NCBI GenBank assembly: GCA_018655525.1
Contig: JABIJM010000030.1
Coordinates: 28,083-92,082 of the forward strand
Source of the DNA: Candidatus Woesearchaeota archaeon
GTDB lineage: Archaea > Nanobdellota > Nanobdellia > Woesearchaeales > GW2011-AR9
Direction of reading: 5' to 3'
Length of the DNA: 64,000 nucleotides
Position 1 is the stretch's first letter; each line of letters opens with the position of its first letter. Position numbers and translations under genes: made by a program. Of the stretch, positions 1 through 9,715 are shown in pieces. Below the pieces are notes generated by a model. The model ran no database searches. It was given only the letters and a program-made list of their open reading frames with translations, and was not told the DNA's origin.

Positions 1-418
1 TAAGTTGATAATTATTTGCTTCTATTGCCAATTCTCGTTCTTCTGTTCCTTCAGGCATTGAAACTGCAAATGAAAACTTTGTTTCTCCTTTAAATTCTAA
101 TTTAACAGTCCTAATTAACCTTCCTATAGCTAAATCAACCCCTTTAGTTTTACTGATTGCTTTCTCGTCAGCTTCTGTTAAAGGTTCAGAAACACCAGCT
201 CCTGGTGGACCAAAACCACCTCCTGCTGCTTGCACAATTAATTTATCAGTTCCCAACTGTACAAACTGTTGAGCCACTGCATCTTGAAGACCTTGACTTA
301 GAGAAATTAACGCTACAACCGCAGCAATTCCAATAAATATACCAATCATGGTTAACCAAGAACGAAGTTTACGTTGTTTAACGTTTCTATATCCTAACCG
401 AAAATAATCTTTAATCAT
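1..418 (-). CDS. ABC transporter permease, FtsX/MacB family (5' part, runs off window)
   Basis: Manual translation MIKDYFRLGYRNVKQRKLRSWLTMIGIFIGIAAVVALISLSQGL..., typical MacB N-terminus. Confidence 0.85.
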   Translation of the reverse strand, partial: MIKDYFRLGYRNVKQRKLRSWLTMIGIFIGIAAVVALISLSQGLQDAVAQQFVQLGTDKLIVQAAGGGFGPPGAGVSEPLTEADEKAISKTKGVDLAIGRLIRTVKLEFKGETKFSFAVSMPEGTEERELAIEANNYQL

Positions 419-426
419 CCGTAGAC

Positions 427-1710
427 CTATTTCTTCTTTTTCGCATTAAATGTGAAACCAAAGATTTTAAGAGGCCGATTTTTCTTTTTATAATTCCGAT
501 AGTAGTAATAATACAATCCACCGAGTACAATTAAAATGAACACGAAGAAGCCAGTACTACTTTTTTCAATGATTCCAAATTTCTTTAATTCTGAGGTAGA
601 ATATAAGTCAAAGGTCAAATCAAACTGTTGTTGGAATGGTTTATTATTTGAATCAACATATTTTAATTTAACAGGAACATGTAGCACATCCCTTCTTTTA
701 TTCACATAAACATCAAGCTCTTCACTTTCTGTATCATCAGAATCTATATCACCAATGTAAAAATAATTTGTAGGAGAAACCAATTTATAATCTTCTGATT
801 CTTCTAAAATTAATTCTACAAATTTTACATCTGCAGTCCCTGCATTCGCAATTCCAAGTGTAATTTTTCCAGATTCACCTGATTGAAAAACCGTAGTTTT
901 CTTAATAAAAGGACGAACTTTAGGGACATCCCCCACAGAAACTGCTAAAAAGTCATCAAGAGAATATGCACTTCCTTTCTCATCATTATATGTAATGGTC
1001 ACTGGAACTTTATATAATCCAGGTGTTGCATCAGGTTTTGCAATAATCCGAAATGTTAACGCATCTTGAAAATCATTATTTAAGTTAGAGATTCTCCTTT
1101 CAGAAGAACTTTGGAATGGTGCTAATGGAATATCGTCACCATCAAAATCTAATTTGAATTTAATATCTTTTAATAAAGAATCTGCTTCATTTTTGACAAC
1201 AATCGTTACTTTAGCATCTTCTCCTGGTGCAACTTGTTCTGGTTCAGATTTAATAGAAATAATATCTAAGATTGCATCCTGTGTTTGCACATCAATTAAA
1301 AATTGATCATCAACAAATGTTACTGAATTTGTGCCTAAGTTTACTTCTACTTCTAATTCAAGATCACCTTCAACTGCATCCTCATCAACTTTCAAGGTAA
1401 AAGTAACATATTCTGCATCTGCTCCGGTAGAACTTGCACGTAATTTCCCGAGGTTTTTAGAAGCTGATTCCCCGTACATTTTAAAGGGATATTTTGGATG
1501 TAAAGTCATAATTGCATCTTTATTTGTTTCTTCAGCTTGATTCTCTATTTTAAACTTCACATCAAAAATTTGACCGGGTTCAACTGGATCAGGGGTCTGT
1601 GAAACTAATGTGACAGAGATATCTGAAACGTCTGCAACTGCCAAAGGAATTAATGACAAAAGAAAAATGCTAAGTACAACTAATAAAATTGTTTTTTTTG
1701 AAACCACCAT
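427..1710 (-). CDS. COG1361-type S-layer-domain protein (signal peptide, C-terminal TM anchor)
   Basis: PDPVEPG motifs, Ig-like repeats, co-oriented with ABC permease. Confidence 0.75.
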   Translation of the reverse strand: MVVSKKTILLVVLSIFLLSLIPLAVADVSDISVTLVSQTPDPVEPGQIFDVKFKIENQAEETNKDAIMTLHPKYPFKMYGESASKNLGKLRASSTGADAEYVTFTLKVDEDAVEGDLELEVEVNLGTNSVTFVDDQFLIDVQTQDAILDIISIKSEPEQVAPGEDAKVTIVVKNEADSLLKDIKFKLDFDGDDIPLAPFQSSSERRISNLNNDFQDALTFRIIAKPDATPGLYKVPVTITYNDEKGSAYSLDDFLAVSVGDVPKVRPFIKKTTVFQSGESGKITLGIANAGTADVKFVELILEESEDYKLVSPTNYFYIGDIDSDDTESEELDVYVNKRRDVLHVPVKLKYVDSNNKPFQQQFDLTFDLYSTSELKKFGIIEKSSTGFFVFILIVLGGLYYYYYRNYKKKNRPLKIFGFTFNAKKKK

Positions 1711-1792
1711 TTTTAAGTGTAGGAGAACTTTATAATTTATAAATGTTCTGATAAAGGTAAGATTAATAAAGGAATTTGCTTTTATTTCTTCA

Positions 1793-2602
1793 ATGGAATT
1801 TAAAGTTGAACGTAAAGGAAACGAAAATATTCATAAATATCCTACAGAAGATCTCAAGGTTGCAGAGAAATTCTCAGATGCGTTAAAGAAAGAGCTTCAT
1901 GAATTCTTAATAGGTGTTGTTGCTTTTGGAAGCAGAGCACGGCGTGAAGCAAAAGAAACAAGTGATATTGATATTCTTGTCATCATGGATGATGTTACAT
2001 TTGTAATCACAGAACCCATGGTTGAAAGTTACAAATTAATCGTAGATAATATTATTAGAAAAACATCTATGAGGTTGCATATAACATCCATGACATTAAC
2101 ATCTTTCTGGGAACATGTGAAAGTAGGTGACCCAATTACAGTTAATATTTTAAGAGATGGCGTTGCAATTATTGATCAAGGAATGTTTGATCCACTTCAA
2201 AAATTATTAAAACAAGGAAGAATCCGCCCATCTGAAGAATCAGTGTGGCGATATTACGGACGATCTCCAAAAACCTTATTAAATTCTAGATGGCATGTAT
2301 TGCAAGGTATGTTAGATCTTTATTGGGCTGTGATTGATGCAGCACATGCAGCATTAATGCGTGCGAATCAAATCCCTCCAACACCGGAACATGTCGCAGA
2401 TTTACTTGAAAAAGTCTATGTCAAACCTAAAAAATTAGAAAAAAAATACGCTGATACTATGCGTAAGTTCTACAGATTAAGTAAAGCAATTACACATAGA
2501 GAAATTAAATATGTAACAGGTTTAGAATTTGAAAAGAATTACAAAGAAGCCGATGACTTCGTTAAAAGAATGAAGAAATTAATTGAACACAATAGTCATT
2601 AA
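1793..2602 (+). CDS. Minimal nucleotidyltransferase-HEPN fusion protein
   Basis: FGSRARR...SDIDILV NTase motif; C-terminal HEPN-like helical domain. Confidence 0.75.
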   Translation: MEFKVERKGNENIHKYPTEDLKVAEKFSDALKKELHEFLIGVVAFGSRARREAKETSDIDILVIMDDVTFVITEPMVESYKLIVDNIIRKTSMRLHITSMTLTSFWEHVKVGDPITVNILRDGVAIIDQGMFDPLQKLLKQGRIRPSEESVWRYYGRSPKTLLNSRWHVLQGMLDLYWAVIDAAHAALMRANQIPPTPEHVADLLEKVYVKPKKLEKKYADTMRKFYRLSKAITHREIKYVTGLEFEKNYKEADDFVKRMKKLIEHNSH

Positions 2603-2604
2603 AA

Positions 2605-3030
2605 ATGAGATTTCTTAAAACAATTTATAGATTATTTCAACCAGTAGACCCCATAGTTTCTAAAAATTTAAAATTGATGGAGAGTGTGGAAGAAGGAGGC
2701 CTTCAAGATTTAGTTACGCAAGAAAGTGCAGGTGGTAATGCAGGGTCATTCCAGGGAAAACTTTGCGCAGGTGCAAACTTCCATTTTGATGAAACTGGAT
2801 TAATTCATGAATTTACAAATGATCCGTCAAAAAAGTATTTTGAAGGACGATTCAAAATTAAAACTGGAATCCCATCGGATATGCGAACTGTTGATTTCGA
2901 TAATTACCGTGAACAATCTAATGAATCAAACAAAATTATCAGAACTGAATATGATTCCCCTAATGTTCCAAAAGAAGCAAAAATAATGATTGAATTAAGT
3001 GTGAAATTGTATAATGAATTACGAGAATAG
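2605..3030 (+). CDS. hypothetical protein
   Basis: 141-aa ORF directly after the NTase gene. Confidence 0.55.
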   Translation: MRFLKTIYRLFQPVDPIVSKNLKLMESVEEGGLQDLVTQESAGGNAGSFQGKLCAGANFHFDETGLIHEFTNDPSKKYFEGRFKIKTGIPSDMRTVDFDNYREQSNESNKIIRTEYDSPNVPKEAKIMIELSVKLYNELRE

Positions 3031-3066
3031 ATATAAAATTACTTTAAAAAAATAAGAAAGAAATTA

Positions 3067-3357
3067 TTATCCCATTAAATCTGTGAGATATTTTGGAGCC
3101 CTAAGATTTTCAATTTCTCTTGGAAGTGGCGTCTCAGTTAACGCATCATGTAAATACCCCATCATTTTTGCGTGATACATAAATTCTCCACCTTCATGAT
3201 CCAAAGGAACATCTGGAAGACAGATGGAGGGACTAATATAATCAGTATCATGTACTGTACGATTTGGTTCACGCCCACCTGAAATAGCGTCTAACCTACT
3301 TGCCACATAACTCATATCATGTACAATTTGAATCCTATGTTCTAAACTTAATACCAT
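3067..3357 (-). CDS. hypothetical protein
   Basis: ORF with upstream TATA-like sequence; probable start MVLSLEHRI. Confidence 0.5.
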   Translation of the reverse strand: MVLSLEHRIQIVHDMSYVASRLDAISGGREPNRTVHDTDYISPSICLPDVPLDHEGGEFMYHAKMMGYLHDALTETPLPREIENLRAPKYLTDLMG

Positions 3358-3470
3358 TTTCAACTTCTAATATTTTATTAGTATTTAAGGTGAATACAGA
3401 ATATATAAAGGTTATTAAACACAACCATCACTAGAAACATTTAAGAATCACTTCTTCTTTCTAATTCTTG

Positions 3471-5171
3471 ATGAAAGACACTGTAAGAAAATTTGTTTTG
3501 AAAAATGCATTAGATTTCAAAGGAAGCGTGAATCCAAAAGCAATTTTAGGTTTAATTCTACGAAGTTCTCCAGAATTTAAAAAAGATTTTCAAAAGTTAA
3601 ACAAAGAGATTGAATCTTGTATTGCAGATATTAAAGATAAAGATCTCAAAGACATTAAAAAAGAATTAGAAAAATTAGATCCAAACCTTCTAAAAGAAAA
3701 AAAGAAAGAAGTGCCTAAAGGTCCACTTAAACCATTACGAAATGCAGAGAAAGGAAAGGTTGTTGTAAGAATTGCACCATCTCCTTCCGGTGCGTTACAT
3801 ATTGGACATGCTTATGGTTCTTCATTAAACGCATTATATGCACAAATGTATAATGGAAAATTTATTCTAAGAATTGAAGATACAAATCCTGAAAATATCT
3901 ATTCTGGTGCCTACAAACTCATAGAAGAAGATGCACAATGGTTAACAAATAACAATGTATCTCAAGTGATTATTCAATCTGAACGATTAGAAACATACTA
4001 CAAACATGCAAAAACGCTCGTTGATAAAGAAAATGCATATGTTTGCACATGCGATGCAGACACCTGGCGAGAGATGAAAAACAATGGTGAAGCGTGTGCC
4101 TGTAGAAGCTTACCAATAAAAGAACAGCAAGATCGTTATCAAAAAATGTTTAAGGGATTTGCGGAAGGTGAAGCCGTTTTACGTTTAAAAACAGATATTA
4201 AACATAAAAATCCCGCAATGCGAGATTTCGGATTAATGAGGATTAACGATCATTTGCATCCAAAAACAAAAAAAGCAAGCAGAGTGTGGCCATTGATGGT
4301 TCTTTCAGTTGCAATTGATGACCATGAACTCGGTGTAACTCATGTTCTCAATGGAAAAGATCATGCAGATAATGCAAAGAAAGAAACCATGATAATGGAA
4401 CTTCTAGGTTGGAAAGCACCTGAATATCAACATTGGGGAAGAATCAATTTTGAAGGATTTACATTAAGCACATCTAAAACAAGAATAGCAATTGAACAAA
4501 ATGAATATACAGGATGGGATGATGTACGCTTACCTTTTTTACCTGCATTACGTAAACGAGGATATCAATCAGGTGCATTCCAAAAATTCTCAAGTGAGAT
4601 TGGACTTTCACTTACTGATAAAACAGTAAGTGTAGAAGAATTCTGGAAAATGATTAATGCATTCAATAAAGATATCATTGAACCTACTTCAAACAGATAT
4701 TTCTTTGTAGAAGCACCAGTTAAAGTCACGATTAAAAATGCGCCTGAAAAAGAAGTAAAGATAGATTTACATCAAGAAGATAAAAAGCGAGGTGCACGAA
4801 CTTTACAAGGAAAAGGAAAAATTCTCATTCAGAAGAAAGACCGTAAAGATTTAGTTGAGAAAAGAACACACAGATTAATGGATTATTGCAATTTTGAAGT
4901 TAAAGGCGAAGGTGAAACGTTTTCTTCTCAAGATTATGAAGATTACAAAAATGCTGAAAACAAAGGAAAAATAATTCATTGGCTTCCAGATTCAAACGAT
5001 TTAATTAACGTAGAGATTATCATGGGAGACAATTCACGGTTACAAGGAAAAGGAGAATCTGGATTAAAAAATGTAAAAGAAGGTGACATCGTTCAATTTG
5101 AACGATTTGCCTTTGCCAGATTAGATAAAAAGGAAAAAAACAAGCTTGTATTTTGGTACTTGCATAAATAA
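3471..5171 (+). CDS. gltX: Glutamyl-tRNA synthetase (archaeal type)
   Basis: RIAPSPSGALHIGH (HIGH), LRIEDT and LSTSK motifs. Confidence 0.95.
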   Translation: MKDTVRKFVLKNALDFKGSVNPKAILGLILRSSPEFKKDFQKLNKEIESCIADIKDKDLKDIKKELEKLDPNLLKEKKKEVPKGPLKPLRNAEKGKVVVRIAPSPSGALHIGHAYGSSLNALYAQMYNGKFILRIEDTNPENIYSGAYKLIEEDAQWLTNNNVSQVIIQSERLETYYKHAKTLVDKENAYVCTCDADTWREMKNNGEACACRSLPIKEQQDRYQKMFKGFAEGEAVLRLKTDIKHKNPAMRDFGLMRINDHLHPKTKKASRVWPLMVLSVAIDDHELGVTHVLNGKDHADNAKKETMIMELLGWKAPEYQHWGRINFEGFTLSTSKTRIAIEQNEYTGWDDVRLPFLPALRKRGYQSGAFQKFSSEIGLSLTDKTVSVEEFWKMINAFNKDIIEPTSNRYFFVEAPVKVTIKNAPEKEVKIDLHQEDKKRGARTLQGKGKILIQKKDRKDLVEKRTHRLMDYCNFEVKGEGETFSSQDYEDYKNAENKGKIIHWLPDSNDLINVEIIMGDNSRLQGKGESGLKNVKEGDIVQFERFAFARLDKKEKNKLVFWYLHK

Positions 5172-5182
5172 GAGGGATAAAA

Positions 5183-5710
5183 ATGGGAAAAATTTCAAGA
5201 GATACGCCACTTGCAGAAATCACATTACGAAGATATGAAAAACCAACGATGAATGATCGGGATTTGGTGAGAAAATTATGTCTTTCTATTGGATTATTAC
5301 AACCGGGAGATTCACGAGATGTCGTTGTAGATGTTCTTCAAGTGTTATTACATGCGAAACAACGTCGTGAAGAATTACATTCTGAAGAAGTTAAAAATCT
5401 TGTAATGGACCATAGAAAACAAAAACAATTACCAATGTTAGGCGTTGCATCTTCAAATATAAGGCGTCAATTAAAACGACTTAAAGACCTTCATTTAATT
5501 GAAACAAATGCGAATTTGTACAGAATTAGCGAATGGAATAATATGACTGAAATCTTTGAAGAAAAAATCCACAACTTCCTTTTACAATCCGTTATTAGTA
5601 GAGTAAAAGATTACGTAGAGAAAATTGATCAAGAATTCTCTGTTGTCAAAGAAGAAGAATCCGTTAATGGTCAGAAGAATTTATTTGAAACACCTGTAAA
5701 AGAGGATTAA
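5183..5710 (+). CDS. Conserved winged-HTH-like protein
   Basis: EITLRRYEKP, LLQPGDSRD, SNIRRQLKRLK segments. Confidence 0.6.
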   Translation: MGKISRDTPLAEITLRRYEKPTMNDRDLVRKLCLSIGLLQPGDSRDVVVDVLQVLLHAKQRREELHSEEVKNLVMDHRKQKQLPMLGVASSNIRRQLKRLKDLHLIETNANLYRISEWNNMTEIFEEKIHNFLLQSVISRVKDYVEKIDQEFSVVKEEESVNGQKNLFETPVKED

Positions 5711-5916
5711 GGTTTAATAACAACTGTTTCAAGATTTCCTAGATCCTCAAATTGAATGTTACCTTCAGAAAAATTTTTTCTAAATCTAAGAAGATTTAAC
5801 CCTGCTTTTGAGATCTTAGAATTATAATCTCTGATTGCAAAATCGCGAGCAATTTGTCTCATGTAAGAAGCCCTTGCAGTAAATGGGTCCACATATTCTT
5901 TTTGATGATAAACCAT
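5707..5916 (-). CDS. small hypothetical protein
   Basis: 69-aa ORF downstream of PRC-barrel gene. Confidence 0.45.
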   Translation of the reverse strand: MVYHQKEYVDPFTARASYMRQIARDFAIRDYNSKISKAGLNLLRFRKNFSEGNIQFEDLGNLETVVIKP

Positions 5917-5928
5917 AAAAATAAAAAA

Positions 5929-6201
5929 TTAAATAATATCTTCTTCAGCTACGACAATAAAGTCACCTGAAGCAATTACAGCAGAGAAAGGAATTAAAAT
6001 TTGTCCATCTTTAGTTTTCTCTAATTCCATACGATCTGTGTAAGATGTTGGATTACGTAATAAAATATGAATTAATTCTCCTGAACCAACTTCAAAAATT
6101 AAATCACCTACGTGACCAAATTTTTTACCTGATTTTGAAACTATTGTTTTTCCTAGAAGTTCTTTTGAATAGACTTTATCTTTATCAACCATTATTTTCA
6201 C
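5929..6201 (-). CDS. PRC-barrel domain protein
   Basis: LLGKTIVSKSGKKFGHVGDL...IPFSAVIASGDFIVV. Confidence 0.85.
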   Translation of the reverse strand: MKIMVDKDKVYSKELLGKTIVSKSGKKFGHVGDLIFEVGSGELIHILLRNPTSYTDRMELEKTKDGQILIPFSAVIASGDFIVVAEEDII

Positions 6202-6309
6202 CCTCTCAATTACTGTTTTTAGGTTGGATTGGTAAGTATATAAAGTTTACGGTAGTCCTACGTTTATAATTGACAAACTATATAAACATCATTTCAATTT
6301 AAGAGGACT

Positions 6310-7098
6310 ATGTGGATTCATACACTTAACCCAGTACTTCTTAGCTTAGGACCATTAGAAATCAGATGGTATGGCATATCCTACGTTCTTGGATTTTTTC
6401 TAACTATATGGTGGATGCAATACATGCGGAAAAAGGGAGAGTTAAATCTCTCTAAAGACGAAGTATGGGATTTTGGATTCTGGATTCTTGTTGGAGTGAT
6501 TGTAGGATCACGTTTATTTGAAGTATTCTGGGAACCAGCACTTTATCTTACAAATCCACTTAATTTTCTCTATATATGGAAAGGTGGCATGAGTTTTCAT
6601 GGTGGTTTTGTAGGAACACTTGTTGCAGTGTATTGGTATTCAAGAAAGAAGCATCTTAATATCGCAAAGGTCTTTGACATTCTTGCAGTACCAACAATAT
6701 TTGCATTAGGATTAGGAAGAATCGCAAATTTTTTCAATGGAGAATTATGGGGACGCCCATTTAATGGAAATTGGTGTGTAAACTTCAAAAATACAGGAGG
6801 AGGAGATGTATGCAGGCACCCTTCAACATTATATGCAGCTGGAAAAAGATTCCTTGTGTTTGGATGGTTGTTATTCCTTGCATTAAAAAATAAGTTCAAA
6901 CCAGGTTTCATTGCATTAAATTTTGTATTTTGGGAGGGGCTAGGACGATTTATCGTTGACTTTTACAGAGATGAAAAAGTATTTTATCTTGCAAACACCT
7001 TCACAATGGGACAAATCCTTAGTGCAATTATGGTAGTTGTAGCAGGTTGGATATTGTTAAAACATTACAACGCAGAATGGAAAAAGATTTTAAAGTAA
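6310..7098 (+). CDS. lgt: Prolipoprotein diacylglyceryl transferase
   Basis: IRWYG, GGMSFHGG, GRIANFFNGELWGR, RHPS signature motifs. Confidence 0.93.
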   Translation: MWIHTLNPVLLSLGPLEIRWYGISYVLGFFLTIWWMQYMRKKGELNLSKDEVWDFGFWILVGVIVGSRLFEVFWEPALYLTNPLNFLYIWKGGMSFHGGFVGTLVAVYWYSRKKHLNIAKVFDILAVPTIFALGLGRIANFFNGELWGRPFNGNWCVNFKNTGGGDVCRHPSTLYAAGKRFLVFGWLLFLALKNKFKPGFIALNFVFWEGLGRFIVDFYRDEKVFYLANTFTMGQILSAIMVVVAGWILLKHYNAEWKKILK

Positions 7099-7114
7099 GT
7101 TCTTTCTTAATGTT

Positions 7115-7474
7115 ATGAGACACATACTATTAATTGTAATTACCCTACTTTTTCTTGTTGGATGTTCACAAGAAGTTCAACAACCAATACAAGAATCCAC
7201 TGAACTCCCACTAGAAGTTGAATTTAGTAATCCGAATCCTAAAACACATCACATTTTAATTGACTATACTATGAAGCCATCAACATTAAACATCAATAAA
7301 GGAGATTCTGTAGTATGGTTAAATACACATGATTCTTATAGCAATTTAATCTTCAGTGAATTTGATATCATTATTCCTGGAAAAACAATCATAGAAAAAA
7401 CATTCCTAAGTGTCGGAGAATATTATTATACTGCTAAAGAAACTGGGAATAGTGGTATTGTGAGAGTTAATTGA
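7115..7474 (+). CDS. Lipoprotein with cupredoxin-like fold
   Basis: Lipobox LVGC; PSTLNINKGDSVVWLN; copper ligands not evident. Confidence 0.65.
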   Translation: MRHILLIVITLLFLVGCSQEVQQPIQESTELPLEVEFSNPNPKTHHILIDYTMKPSTLNINKGDSVVWLNTHDSYSNLIFSEFDIIIPGKTIIEKTFLSVGEYYYTAKETGNSGIVRVN

Positions 7475-7517
7475 AGAAAATGAATTTTCTTAAAATCAAA
7501 AGTGAACCACTTTAGAT

Positions 7518-9281
7518 TTAACTATAATACCAATTCCCATTGGATTTCTGTTCTCTATCTTTTACAGAATGCGGCTTATTGATTCTTGGTCTATTAGATG
7601 TAACATCTCTACGCAAGGTGATTCCAAGTTCTTTTAAGAAAAGATTCATTCCATCTTCCATCGAGAATGGGCCACGTAATAAACCTTCTTTTGCAGGAAC
7701 TCCTGTAAAAACTGCAAGTTTGTGAGATAAATTATCAAGAAACATTAAATCGTGATCTACAATGAGAATAGTGATATCTCGTTCAGCTGCAACATTTTTA
7801 ATTAATTTTGATACTGCAAGACGTTGCTCGATGTCAAGATATGCAGAAGGCTCATCCAATAAAAATAATTCAGCATCTTCAGCAAGACATTTGGCAATTG
7901 ATACTCGTTGTAATTCTCCACCAGAAAGATCACATAATTTTTGCGTAAACAATTTTTCTAAATCTAAATGATTCACAAGTTGAGCGCTATATTTTGCAAT
8001 CGCTTCATGAATATATTCCGCAACCAAAGTCTCAGATTCCGTATCTAAATATTGAGGTTTGTACGCAACTTTCACTTCAGAATCTAATTCTCCAGAATCT
8101 AATTTATGGACACCTGCAAGAAGTTTGATAAAAGTCGTTTTACCAATACCATTTTCTCCTAAAATACCGATCACTTCTCCTTTGTTAAGAGTTCCTTCTT
8201 CTGTCCTAAATTTAAAATTTCCTAATGTTAAACTAAGATTTTTCCATGAAATTAAAGGAACAGGAATTGCAGTAGACACGTCTTTAAATGTTTCAAATTT
8301 AATTGCTCTTGGTCTAAATCGTACATTTTCTTCTTTCAAAAATCCTTCTAAAAATGAATTAATTCCTTCTCGTGTACTTTTCACACCAGAAACAATTCCG
8401 AATGCTCCTTCATGACCATACATGATATTCAATAAATCAGTCATATAATCAAGAATAATTAAATCGTGTTCAATTACGATTGTTGAGGTATCTTCTTTAG
8501 CTAAGGATGCAATAAATTTTGAAATATTAATTCTCTGTTTAATATCTAAATAAGAAGTTGGCTCATCAAACAGAAATAAATTTGCCTCTTTTAAAACACA
8601 AGCAGCAATTGCAACTCTTTGCAACTCTCCACCTGAAACTTTTGAGATGTGAGTTTCTAAAAAATTTGTAAGTTCTAACTTTTCAGCCATTTCTTCAAGT
8701 TTATTCTTCGCATCAACTTTTGTTAATAATTCTCGTACAGTTCCATCAAACTGTTTAGGGATCAAATCAACTTGTTGAGGTTTATAAGAAAGATTAATTT
8801 CATTTTTACCAAGTTTCTCCATGAATTTTTGTGTTTCAGTACCTTTGAAATAATTAATAACTTCTTTGAAATCTGTATCTTTTTTCCAATCACCTAAATT
8901 AGGTGTAAGAATATTCGCCATGACTTTCATAGCGGTAGATTTTCCGATTCCATTCTTTCCAAGAATTCCCGTTACTTTTCCAAATAAAGGTGTAGGTAAA
9001 GAATAAAGTTCAAACATGTTTTCTCCATATCTATGAACGGGAGATTTTGTTAATGTACCTGGAAGATTAATAATTTGAATCGCACCATAAGGACATCGTG
9101 TAGGACAGATCCCACATCCTGTACAAAGAACTTCGTCTATCTTTGCTTTCTTATCAATTTCTCCTTCAGTGATACAATCTCCACCCATCCGATTTACAGG
9201 ACAAAGTTTCATACAGAGATAATTTCCACATTCTTGAGGGTGACATTTGTTCTTGTCAATAATCGCGATTCGCTTTTTCAT
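7518..9281 (-). CDS. rli1: Ribosome recycling ATPase Rli1/ABCE1
   Basis: N-terminal Fe-S Cys motifs, two ABC domains with SGGELQR. Confidence 0.96.
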   Translation of the reverse strand: MKKRIAIIDKNKCHPQECGNYLCMKLCPVNRMGGDCITEGEIDKKAKIDEVLCTGCGICPTRCPYGAIQIINLPGTLTKSPVHRYGENMFELYSLPTPLFGKVTGILGKNGIGKSTAMKVMANILTPNLGDWKKDTDFKEVINYFKGTETQKFMEKLGKNEINLSYKPQQVDLIPKQFDGTVRELLTKVDAKNKLEEMAEKLELTNFLETHISKVSGGELQRVAIAACVLKEANLFLFDEPTSYLDIKQRINISKFIASLAKEDTSTIVIEHDLIILDYMTDLLNIMYGHEGAFGIVSGVKSTREGINSFLEGFLKEENVRFRPRAIKFETFKDVSTAIPVPLISWKNLSLTLGNFKFRTEEGTLNKGEVIGILGENGIGKTTFIKLLAGVHKLDSGELDSEVKVAYKPQYLDTESETLVAEYIHEAIAKYSAQLVNHLDLEKLFTQKLCDLSGGELQRVSIAKCLAEDAELFLLDEPSAYLDIEQRLAVSKLIKNVAAERDITILIVDHDLMFLDNLSHKLAVFTGVPAKEGLLRGPFSMEDGMNLFLKELGITLRRDVTSNRPRINKPHSVKDREQKSNGNWYYS

Positions 9282-9319
9282 TCTATATGTATTCTGAAGT
9301 TCTTTTTATATTACTTTTG

Positions 9320-9431
9320 GTGTAGATTCTGTGAAGTGGATGAGCAGCGCCAATGGAGGCGCATTTTCTTACTTTAGTAAGGAAATCTACCGCGCCGTGC
9401 CCTGCTCATATAGAACGCACGGAATTTACAC
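9320..9431 (+). ncRNA. Rod-like structured element A (candidate ncRNA or MITE-like element), flanked by TACTTTTGGT direct repeats
   Basis: Nested stems GTGTAGATTCTGTG/CACGGAATTTACAC, ATGAGCAG/CTGCTCAT, GGCGC/GCGCC, ATTTTCTTAC/GTAAGGAAAT; all mismatches are G-U on the + strand. Confidence 0.6.
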
Positions 9432-9475
9432 TACTTTTGGTAATCTTTTTAAAGAAAGACGTCACCCAGTGAATT

Positions 9476-9640
9476 ATGGGAAAATGCACAATATGTGGAG
9501 AAAAAATCCAAGAATTGTTCCTAGGTAAGATCAAAGGAACAATCGTACGAAAACCAGGAAAAGAGAAACAATACGAAGTCTGTTTCCAGTGTCAGAAGAA
9601 GCTTGGAAGTAAAGATAAGATTTTAGAGAATATCAAGTAA
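9476..9640 (+). CDS. Small zinc-finger protein (54 aa)
   Basis: Manual translation MGKCTICGEKIQELFLGKIKGTIV...VCFQCQKK, two CxxC; below ORF-track cutoff. Confidence 0.7.
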   Translation: MGKCTICGEKIQELFLGKIKGTIVRKPGKEKQYEVCFQCQKKLGSKDKILENIK

Positions 9641-9715
9641 TGCCTCTGGTAGCAAATGTAGCAACATTTGATAGTGCATATGATCTGCACTACGTTTGAC
9701 CATATAAACAATAAT

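Noticed and set aside
9320..9434. Element A as an H/ACA guide RNA or known riboswitch
   Set aside because: An ACA follows the stem, but there is no K-turn, pocket spacing is off, and no riboswitch consensus was recognised
9331..9528. 65-aa ORF from the track
   Set aside because: Overlaps structured element A and the better zinc-finger ORF at 9476-9640
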